From assembly GCA_963827515.1 (NCBI GenBank), contig CAWHBF010000024.1, positions 30,902-94,901 on the forward strand: a DNA stretch of 64,000 bases. The letters run 5' to 3'. Source of the stretch: an uncultured Acidobacteriota bacterium (GTDB taxonomy: Bacteria; Acidobacteriota; Vicinamibacteria; Vicinamibacterales; UBA2999). Under the pieces are notes generated by a model. That model ran no database searches. It was not told where the DNA came from and worked only from the letters and a program-made list of their open reading frames with translations. A program made the translations under genes and the position numbers. This document shows, in pieces, positions 29,803-37,597 of this stretch. How positions within the stretch are numbered: position 1 is the first letter of the stretch; each line of letters starts with the position of its first letter.

Positions 29803-30192
29803 ATGAGAATGAAGCGTGGAGTTCTGATCGCTGGCCTCGGTCTTTTCTGTCTGTCGGCGCCCCTCGCCGCCCATCACTCGTGGACAGCCGACTACGACGG
29901 CGGCAAGCCGGTCACCGTCAAGGGCGTGGTGACGAAGGTCGAATGGACCAACCCCCACACCCACTTCTACGTCGAGGCCAAGGACGAGAAGGGGACGGTC
30001 ACGATGTGGAACTTCGAGATGGCGAGCACGCTGTCGCTGGAACGCGGAGGCTGGACCCGGAAGACGCTTCCCGTTGGTGCGGAAGTCACGGTCGGAGGTT
30101 TTGGCGGCAGGGCCGTGCTCACCAGGGCCATCGCGGGTTCCATTACCACTGCCGACGGCAAGGCGCTGTTCGTCGGGAAACCGGGTCAATAG
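29803..30192 (+). CDS. DUF6152-like small secreted protein, copy 3
   Basis: MRMKRGVLIAGLGLFCLSAPLAA / HHSWTADYD..VTVKGVVTKVEWTNPH... AGGAGG precedes ATG 29803. Confidence 0.85.
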   Translation: MRMKRGVLIAGLGLFCLSAPLAAHHSWTADYDGGKPVTVKGVVTKVEWTNPHTHFYVEAKDEKGTVTMWNFEMASTLSLERGGWTRKTLPVGAEVTVGGFGGRAVLTRAIAGSITTADGKALFVGKPGQ

Positions 30193-30244
30193 CGCACGGC
30201 GAATCCTGCGACGTGTGCCGAATGTCAGGGCGGAGGAGGCTTAC

Positions 30245-31045
30245 GTGAGAAGAGGGCTCGTCGTCTCGATCGCAGTCATATGTCTGACCGTGCCGTTCCT
30301 CGCCGCATCGCAGGAGCTCGGTCGTCGTATCGGAGGCGCCAACGGGCCGCCTGCGGCCCCGCCGACGCCCGACAAACCGGCCCCGCGTCTTACCGACGGC
30401 AAGATAGATCTATCAGGTGTATGGACCGACGGCGGCGGGCAGACGATTGACCGCCTGTTGAAGCCGGGCGAGTTGGACACCATTCTGCTACCGAACACCA
30501 AGAAGCTGATGGAATCGCGGAACGACGGACAGGATCCCTACAACTACTGCCTGCCTGGCGGGCCGCTGCGGATCACCGGGGGCTTTGCCTGGCGGTTCAT
30601 TCAGCACCCGACGACCAACGCCACGCACATTTTCATGTTGCAGGAAGGGAACGCCCACACCTACCGCCAGATTTTCATGGACGGTCGCAAGCACCCCGAA
30701 GATCCGAGTCCGACGTGGTACGGTCATTCCATCGGCCGATGGGAAGGCGACACGCTTGTGATTGACACCATCGGTCTCAACACCAAGTTCTGGCTCGACG
30801 GGAGCGGCATCCAGCATACCGAACAGCTACACATGGTCGAGCGATGGACTCGAACGAACTACACGACGCTCCGCCGCGATGTGACGTTCGAGGATCCGGG
30901 CGCGTTCACCAAGCCGTTCACCGTGACCTACACCGCGAGGCTCTCGGAGCCTGGCAGCGAGATCATGGAATACATCTGCATCGAGAACAATCAGTATGGG
31001 CTCGCACAGGGTCACGGAGATCCGAGCGTCGTCGCCCCGAAGTAA
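30245..31045 (+). CDS. HTEQLH-family secreted protein, copy 1 (uncharacterised family)
   Basis: GTG start after GGAGGAGG; signal peptide; APRLTDGKIDLSGVW; CLPGGPLR; NAHTYRQIFMDGRKHPEDPSPTWYGHSIGRWEGDTLVIDTIG; QHTEQLHMVERWTR; DPGAFTKP; MEYICIENN. Confidence 0.8.
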   Translation: MRRGLVVSIAVICLTVPFLAASQELGRRIGGANGPPAAPPTPDKPAPRLTDGKIDLSGVWTDGGGQTIDRLLKPGELDTILLPNTKKLMESRNDGQDPYNYCLPGGPLRITGGFAWRFIQHPTTNATHIFMLQEGNAHTYRQIFMDGRKHPEDPSPTWYGHSIGRWEGDTLVIDTIGLNTKFWLDGSGIQHTEQLHMVERWTRTNYTTLRRDVTFEDPGAFTKPFTVTYTARLSEPGSEIMEYICIENNQYGLAQGHGDPSVVAPK

Positions 31046-31212
31046 TCGATTGTGCAGCTGGTAATCGCAGGCCGGGTGCGCGTCGAGCGTCCCGGCTTGC
31101 GCCGTTTTTGCGGTCCCGCGGCGGGCATCGTAACGGCGGGATCTGCGGGTGCGGTTTGGGTTAAAGTATCAACGGCGGGTCAGGCTGCGGCGCAGCCTAA
31201 AGGAGGGATCGC

Positions 31213-32043
31213 GTGCGTAGATTTCTTGTCGTGTCCGTGTTCGCGGCGGGACTTGCCCTGGCTGCGTTCGGGCATCTGCAGGCGCAAGGCGGCGTCGGCC
31301 AGATTCAGGTCGGTGGCAGCCCGGTTGTTCCAGACTCCGAAGTCACGAGCAAACCGGTTCCTCGCCTGCCCGACGGCACCGTGGATATCACCGGCCCCTG
31401 GGTGGGTGGCGGCTCGAATGGCAATATCGAGCGCGATGGCGGGTTGAAGCCAGGTGAGCTGCCGCTGCTGCCGTGGGCCAAGGAGCTGATGTCCAAGCGT
31501 CTCGAGAAGGACGAGCCCTATACAGCCTGCTTGCCGATGAGCGTGCCCCGCGTGAACCCATATCCGTGGAAGTTCGCGCTCTCCTACACCTCGAAGGGAC
31601 TCTCGCACATCTACGTGCTGCACGAGACGGGTGATGCGGGTGCTCATCGCGTGGTCTATATGGACGGACGGCCCCATCCGCCAGATCCGATCCCGACATG
31701 GTGGGGGCATTCGACCGGCAAGTTCGAAAAGGACACCCTGGTCATCGACACCGTCGGCTACAACGACAAGTTCTGGTTCGACAGCCGCGGAACGCCACAC
31801 ACGGAACAGCTGCACACGGTCGAGCGGTGGACGCGCATCAACTACGGACGAATCACCAATGACTTCCTCCTCGACGACCCGGGGGCATTTTCGAAGCCGG
31901 TCAATTTGAAGTTCACCGGCAGGCTGCTGCGGCCGGATCTGAAGACCGGAGGCGGTGACCTGATGGAGTTCATCTGTCTCGAAGGCAACGAGTATGGTGC
32001 GGCCGCCGGCTTCGTGCCTGGCCAGGGAACGGCCATCAAGTGA
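31213..32043 (+). CDS. HTEQLH-family secreted protein, copy 2
   Basis: VPRLPDGTVDITGPW; CLPMSVPR; VVYMDGRPHPPDPIPTWWGHSTGKFEKDTLVIDTVGYNDKFWFD; PHTEQLHTVERWTR; MEFICLEGN. Confidence 0.8.
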   Translation: MRRFLVVSVFAAGLALAAFGHLQAQGGVGQIQVGGSPVVPDSEVTSKPVPRLPDGTVDITGPWVGGGSNGNIERDGGLKPGELPLLPWAKELMSKRLEKDEPYTACLPMSVPRVNPYPWKFALSYTSKGLSHIYVLHETGDAGAHRVVYMDGRPHPPDPIPTWWGHSTGKFEKDTLVIDTVGYNDKFWFDSRGTPHTEQLHTVERWTRINYGRITNDFLLDDPGAFSKPVNLKFTGRLLRPDLKTGGGDLMEFICLEGNEYGAAAGFVPGQGTAIK

Positions 32044-32102
32044 TGAGTTCGCGCGGCTTTGACCTGCGCGTTGGAACCGGTGAATTTTTCGGAGGTACGC
32101 AA

Positions 32103-32528
32103 ATGAGAACGAAACTTGGAATCCTGGCGGCGACGATTGGCCTCGTCTGCGTGGCGGTGCCGGCCATCGCGCATCACGGGTTCGATACGGAGTACGACGC
32201 GAAGAAGAAGTTCAAGCTGCAGGGCGTTGTGTCGCAGGTGCTGTGGACCAATCCCCACATGCGCGTCCACGTGGACGTGACCGATGCGGCCGGGAAGGTG
32301 ACGACCTACAACATGGAGATCACCAGTCCCAACTCGGTCCAGCGTCAGGGCTGGGGCCGCAACAGCCTCCTGCCGGGTGAGAAAGTCGTCTTCGAAGGGT
32401 ACGGCGGCAAGGTTGTCGAGAGCAGAGGTTCGCTGCTTTCGATCGCGAAGCTCGATGCGCCGGACAAGCCGCTCTTCGTCCAGGGCGGGCCTGAAGCCGC
32501 TGCCGAAGGCTTCCCCGGTCAGCGGTAG
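32103..32528 (+). CDS. DUF6152-like small secreted protein, copy 4
   Basis: MRTKLGILAATIGLVCVAVPAIA / HHGFDTEYD..FKLQGVVSQVLWTNPH... Confidence 0.85.
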   Translation: MRTKLGILAATIGLVCVAVPAIAHHGFDTEYDAKKKFKLQGVVSQVLWTNPHMRVHVDVTDAAGKVTTYNMEITSPNSVQRQGWGRNSLLPGEKVVFEGYGGKVVESRGSLLSIAKLDAPDKPLFVQGGPEAAAEGFPGQR

Positions 32529-32597
32529 TCGGCGTCGAAACGCGCGCTCTGGCAAGCTGTAGACGTTCCGTTACCTTGTGTCAGCTGTGAGCCTGTC

Positions 32598-33080
32598 ATG
32601 AAAAAAATCATCCCGTTCGTCGTTCTCTCCGCGGCGGTCGTCGTGTTGGTGGTCGTGAGCGGGCGCAGCGTCTCGGGTCAGGCCGCGCCGGGTAGATTGG
32701 CGATATTCGCCGACTTTGCCCTGTTCTCTGGAAACAACCAGCCCAGGAACTGCTTCACGATGAACCGATTCAAGGCGGGTGAGCCAGTAGGCTTCCGCGT
32801 GACGGTCATGGACGGTGCGACTGGTCAGCCTGCCGCCGACGCCGAAGTCGTCGTGCATCTCACCTACGCAGGCAAGACAGTGGATGTGCCTGCGCGGTAT
32901 CGTGGCACCGGCCGCGGGAACCTGACCCCGAACCTGTGGAGTGCGAAGTGGGCCGTGCCCGCTGACGCCCCGACGGGCGTGGTGCAGGTGACGGTGACCG
33001 CGATGGACAAGAGTGGCCGCTCGGCCGAGTGGAAGCCCTTCCCGAACGTGGCCTCGCATCTCACGATCGTCAACGAGTAA
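32598..33080 (+). CDS. small secreted protein, probable beta-sandwich
   Basis: 160 aa, signal/anchor MKKIIPFVVLSAAVVVLVVV; ..FRVTVMDGATGQPAADAEVVVHLTYAGKTVDV..; no family recognised. Confidence 0.6.
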   Translation: MKKIIPFVVLSAAVVVLVVVSGRSVSGQAAPGRLAIFADFALFSGNNQPRNCFTMNRFKAGEPVGFRVTVMDGATGQPAADAEVVVHLTYAGKTVDVPARYRGTGRGNLTPNLWSAKWAVPADAPTGVVQVTVTAMDKSGRSAEWKPFPNVASHLTIVNE

Positions 33081-33108
33081 CGAGCGGCACCGCTCAAGCG
33101 GCTATCGA

Positions 33109-34597
33109 ATGCAAACCGTCCTCCGGTCAGGTCTCATCGTCACCATGGCCGGGGCCATGGCGATTCTCACGGCGTCCTGTTCCGGTCCCGCCTCATCGGC
33201 GGCGGCGACCCCCTGCGGCCCCAACCAGCGACACACCAGTTCAACAGCTTGCGCTCGTCTACGACAAGCCGGCGGTCGTGGGCGCTCGCGTGACGGCGTC
33301 AGCCATGGGTCTGCCCGCGGGAAGAATGGCCGACCTCCAGTGGGGGACGGTGACGGGCGGCTGGGTCATCGAGGACTACTACCACTTCCGAGGCAAGAAG
33401 TACGCGGACGCGTCGGCTTCGCTTGGGAGCTTCCCCATCGATCAGGAAGGGCGCTTCGAGGCGCAGTTCGTCATTCCCGAGGACTATGGCGGCGTGCACG
33501 ACGTCATCGTGACCGTCGACGGTCGTACTGTTGCCCAGAATGGGATCGAGGTCACGCAAAGCTTCGAGATGACACCGATGTCAGGCCCCGTCGGGACGAT
33601 GATCGAACTGCGGGTCAAGGGGCTCGGCTGGCGGACCATGGAGAGCACCTGGGCGGTGAATTGGGACAACAACTCGATCGGATGGGTCTCGGCTGCCGGG
33701 ACCAAGGGGTCGGCCGTGGCGAGATTTCGCGCAGCGGGGCCTGCCGGCGATCATGCAATCAAGGTCTACACCGGCTACCAGGGGCAACCGTACCTGAACT
33801 ACGAGCAGTCGCCGGTTGCACACCTTCCCAGACCGCAGTTCACGTTCCGCACGACGCCTGGCCGTCCGTCGATTCAAACCGCGGTCGCCGAGCCGTATCA
33901 GCCTCAGCCGGTTCCGGCGACCGAGATCACCGTCGCGAATGCTACCGTGGCCCTTTCGCCGACTCAGGGTCCCGTTGGGACCCGTGCGCGGCTGCAAGCG
34001 AGCGGCTTGCCCAGCGGGGCGGTTCTCGACCTCGTCTGGGAGACGGCCATCGGCAATCGCGTGAGCGGGGAGGGCTTCACGTCTCAGGCGAACGACCTCG
34101 CGCAAGTCACCGTCGGGAGCGATGGCCGGCTCGACGTGCCGGTGAGCATTCCGGATGACGTCGGCGGACTGCACGGGCTCGTCCTGCGAGCGGGCGATCG
34201 GATGTTGGCCCGAACCCATTTCGTGGTCGAAACGAGCATTGTCAGCATGACGCCCGCGTCCGGTCCGGCCGGCACACCGGTGACGATTCATCTCAAGGGT
34301 GTGGGCTGGACGGAGTACGACAATATCTACATCGCGACCTACGACAACGCCTACATGGGCTACGCCTGCGGTTTCAACAGCCAGGGGGATGTCGTCATCA
34401 ACTTCACCGCTGCGGGCCCGCCCGGTGTGCATCTGATCGACCTGTACCCGGGTATCTACCAGGGCCCTCCCACCGAACCCCAGCTCCTCTACCGGACGCC
34501 TCAACTGACGTACGCCGACGACCATCCGGGCAACAAGATCCCGGCCCTCCGGTTCGCCTTCGAGGTCACGCCGTCGGCGACGTTCGGCACGAGGTGA
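33109..34597 (+). CDS. lipoprotein with repeated Ig-like (IPT/TIG-like) domains (one frameshift near 33215)
   Basis: MQTVLRSGLIVTMAGAMAILTASC (lipobox) in frame 1, then frame 2. Three similar modules: ..FEMTPMSGPVGTMIELRVKGLGW.., ..VALSPTQGPVGTRARLQASGL.., ..VSMTPASGPAGTPVTIHLKGVGW... Confidence 0.65.
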
Positions 34598-34720
34598 TCT
34601 CGATAGCCCGAGCGTTCTGACGCGCTCGCGACGTTGACCGTTTGGCGGGCGGAAACTATACTCGCGCCGCGGCGAGCAGCCCGCAATCGGGTCAGTCACT
34701 CGGTGGAGAAGGAACATCAC

Positions 34721-35857
34721 ATGACGGTCGGATGCAAGCGCGCGATGTTCGGTACGTCTGTGTTCGTGCTCGTGGGCCTATTGGGTTTGGTATCCGTCGC
34801 GGGCCAGGCCGCCCAGGAACCGCAGCCGATGGCGGAGAACGTGTTCAAGAACATCCAGGTGCTCAAGGGCATTCCCGCGGATGAGTTCATGGACACGATG
34901 GGGATGTTCGCCTCCTCCCTCATTTATGACTGCACCGGCTGCCATGTCGAGGACATCCTCGTCAGACGGGAGGCGTTCGCCGAAGCCACGCCGCGCATTC
35001 AGAGGGCGCGGCAAATGGTCGTGATGGTGAACGCGCTCAACAAGCAGTATTTCGGCGGACAGCCCCGCGTGACCTGCTTTACCTGTCACAGGGGCAGCGG
35101 TTTTCCCGAGACCATTCCCGATCTGAACCTGCAGTACGGAGACGGACCGCCGGAGAATCCGAATGGCATCACGTTGTTCGGACCCGGACAGGGGCCTGCT
35201 GATCCGATTTTCGCCAAGTACATCAGCGCCATCGGCGGTGCGGACCGCGTCGCGAAGTTGACGAGCTACACCGCAACGGGGACCTACATCGGGTTCAACA
35301 CCAGCGGCGCGACGGTGCCCATCGAGATCTTCGCCAGGGCGCCGGATCAGCGATCGACCGTCGTCCGAGTGTTCGACGGCGACGCGGTGAGGACCACCGA
35401 TGGTCGCAGCGCATGGGCGGCCGAAGGCTGGCGTCAGTTGCCGTTGATGACGTTTACCGGGAGCAACCTCGTGGGGGCGCGCGTTGAGGCGATGCTCGCG
35501 TTTCCGATGGTGCTCCAGAAGGCGTTCAGCCAGTGGAAGGTCGGCGCCGTGACGATCGGCGATGCCGATGTACAGGTGCTCCAGGGGACTAACCCCGGAC
35601 AGCTTCCCGTGAACCTGTACTTCGACGATGCAGGACTGCTGGTGCGGTCGGTTCGCTGGAGCAGCACGCCGGTCGGGACCGTGCCCACGCAGACCGAATA
35701 TTCGGACTATCGGGACGTGGCGGGCGTCAAGATGCCACACCGGATGGTCGTGACCTGGACCAACGGGCAGAACACCATCGAGATCAAAGACGTGCGGCCG
35801 AATGTCGCGATCGACGCGGCGAGGTTCGCCAGGCCGGCTCCGTTCAAGCCCCGATAG
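34721..35857 (+). CDS. c-type cytochrome (reaction-centre cytochrome-c-subunit-like dihaem N-domain) fused to a C-terminal domain of unknown function
   Basis: Signal peptide; ENVFKNIQVLKGIPADEFMDTMGMFASSLIYDCTGCHV..; second motif VTCFTCHRG; about 250-aa C-terminal beta-rich region. Confidence 0.75.
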   Translation: MTVGCKRAMFGTSVFVLVGLLGLVSVAGQAAQEPQPMAENVFKNIQVLKGIPADEFMDTMGMFASSLIYDCTGCHVEDILVRREAFAEATPRIQRARQMVVMVNALNKQYFGGQPRVTCFTCHRGSGFPETIPDLNLQYGDGPPENPNGITLFGPGQGPADPIFAKYISAIGGADRVAKLTSYTATGTYIGFNTSGATVPIEIFARAPDQRSTVVRVFDGDAVRTTDGRSAWAAEGWRQLPLMTFTGSNLVGARVEAMLAFPMVLQKAFSQWKVGAVTIGDADVQVLQGTNPGQLPVNLYFDDAGLLVRSVRWSSTPVGTVPTQTEYSDYRDVAGVKMPHRMVVTWTNGQNTIEIKDVRPNVAIDAARFARPAPFKPR

Positions 35858-35989
35858 GAGGCCTATACGGCAGCCCAGGAATGCTTTGACAAGGCCGTCA
35901 TGGCTTTGACAAGATAATGCCCCACTACGGTCGTCCCCTGAGGTCCCCGGTAGGGTCCTTCTGGACCAAAATTCGCCTGGAGGAATGCA

Positions 35990-36379
35990 ATGAGAACGAA
36001 GCTTTCGGTGCTGCTGGCCGGCGTTGCCTTGGTGGGTCTGACGATGCCGGTCGTGGCACATCATGCCGTGGGCGCCGAGTACGACGAAGCCAAGGTCGTC
36101 AAACTGACAGGTGTCGTATCGAAGGTGGAATGGACCAATCCCCATGCGCGCATCTACTTCGACGTCACCCAGCCGGACGGGACCAAGGTCACCTGGAACG
36201 TGGAACTGACCGCGAGAAGCGCACTGGTCAGACAGGGGTGGACGGCCAACTCCCTGAAGATCGGCGAAACGGTGACGGTCGAGGGCAGCTTGGCGAGGTC
36301 GGGCGTGAGCGGGGTCAACGCCAGAAACGTCCTGAACGCCGACGGCAAGAGAGTGTACGGCGGCGACAACGTCCAGTAG
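35990..36379 (+). CDS. DUF6152-like small secreted protein, copy 5
   Basis: MRTKLSVLLAGVALVGLTMPVVA / HHAVGAEYD..VKLTGVVSKVEWTNPH... GGAGGA precedes the ATG. Confidence 0.85.
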   Translation: MRTKLSVLLAGVALVGLTMPVVAHHAVGAEYDEAKVVKLTGVVSKVEWTNPHARIYFDVTQPDGTKVTWNVELTARSALVRQGWTANSLKIGETVTVEGSLARSGVSGVNARNVLNADGKRVYGGDNVQ

Positions 36380-36423
36380 GTTCTCGCGGGTTTGCTGATT
36401 CAGCTGATTCAGGAGAAGGTAAC

Positions 36424-37248
36424 GTGAGAAAGCTACTCCTCGCCTCTGCGATGACCGCGGCGCTCCTCCCGCTGCTGGTGCAGTCGGCGTCGACGCAGGC
36501 CGGTCCTGAAGCAGGAAAGGTCGCGGCCGAGCGGCGAGCCGGACCGGAGAAGGGCCCGATCCCCAGGCATCCTGATGGGTCCGTGAACCTGATGGACGGG
36601 GTGTGGGTCGGCGGCGGACCTGTCCAGGACCTGGAGGCGCAGGGCGGTTTGAAGCCGGGCGAACTCGACGCCCTGATGCTGCCATGGGCAAAGGCCCTGA
36701 TGGCCACACGGGATGAAACCCAGGAACCGCACAACGCTTGCCTGCCGATGGGCGTTCCGCGTGTGACACCGTTCCCGTATCGGTTCGTACAGAACTACAC
36801 CCACAAGCCCGCCACGCACATGTTCATCCTCCACGAGGGGAACATCCATACGTACCGGCAGATATTCATGGATGGACGCAAGCACCCGGCGGAGCTTGAT
36901 TCGAGCTGGCTCGGGCATTCGATCGGTCACTGGGAGAAGGACACGCTCGTCATCGACACGGTCGGCTACAACGACAAGTTCTGGTTTGACCGCCGCGGCC
37001 ATCCGCATACAGAGCAGTTGCACACAATCGAGCGGTGGACCCGGCTGAATCTCGGGCAGATGGAGAACAAGTTCACCCTCGATGACCCGGGCGCGTATTC
37101 GAAGCCGATTACGATGACCTTCATGGCGACGAAGATGCCGCCCCAGGACGAGCTTCTGGAATACATCTGCCAGGAGAACAATCAGTACGGCGCAGCAACG
37201 ATCCCTGGCTACAGCGGCCCGAAGATGGGGAACCAGCCACAGAAGTAA
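36424..37248 (+). CDS. HTEQLH-family secreted protein, copy 3
   Basis: GTG 36424 after CAGGAGAAGG; IPRHPDGSVNLMDGVW; CLPMGVPR; NIHTYRQIFMDGRKHPAELDSSWLGHSIGHWEKDTLVIDTVGYNDKFWFD; PHTEQLHTIERWTR; LEYICQENNQYG. The 443-aa ORF start at 35917 is an artefact overlapping copy 5. Confidence 0.8.
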   Translation: MRKLLLASAMTAALLPLLVQSASTQAGPEAGKVAAERRAGPEKGPIPRHPDGSVNLMDGVWVGGGPVQDLEAQGGLKPGELDALMLPWAKALMATRDETQEPHNACLPMGVPRVTPFPYRFVQNYTHKPATHMFILHEGNIHTYRQIFMDGRKHPAELDSSWLGHSIGHWEKDTLVIDTVGYNDKFWFDRRGHPHTEQLHTIERWTRLNLGQMENKFTLDDPGAYSKPITMTFMATKMPPQDELLEYICQENNQYGAATIPGYSGPKMGNQPQK

Positions 37249-37597
37249 GCATCAAGACGTGGAGCTTGGGACTGGGACCCCTTGGTCCGCGAGTCCGGTA
37301 GCCGGGATGGCTGCCATAACTTACTGCCAAGATTTCCCCCAGTGTGGGCGGGTTTTTTCGGCCTCGGCGTGAACTGAATTCAACCATCCGTAGCATTCCC
37401 GGACGAACGGATGGATTCTTCGCCGAATTGAGGGGGTGCCTCTCGGACAATCGGCGTGTAAGTCCGCGGCACAGTTCTGGCTACACATTCTGGGTTTTTA
37501 GGTACAATGAGCGGCTATTTGAATTCCATTCCCGCCTCGGGTCGGGAGATGTTCATCCGCCTTGATGGGCGGGTGTCATCACAAGGAGGCTCTTAAG

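Noticed and set aside
34778-36769. 663-aa ORF on the minus strand, the longest antisense ORF in the window
   Set aside because: It is Arg/Pro/His/Gly-rich low-complexity translation with no recognisable motif. It lies antisense to three homology-supported plus-strand genes (cytochrome, DUF6152-like copy 5, HTEQLH copy 3). This is a typical stop-codon-poor shadow frame of high-GC DNA.
35917-37248. 443-aa ORF suggesting a long N-terminal extension of HTEQLH copy 3
   Set aside because: The first about 170 codons overlap DUF6152-like copy 5 in another frame and are Arg/Gly-rich. A GTG at 36424 with an upstream GGAGAAGG and a proper signal peptide is the credible start.
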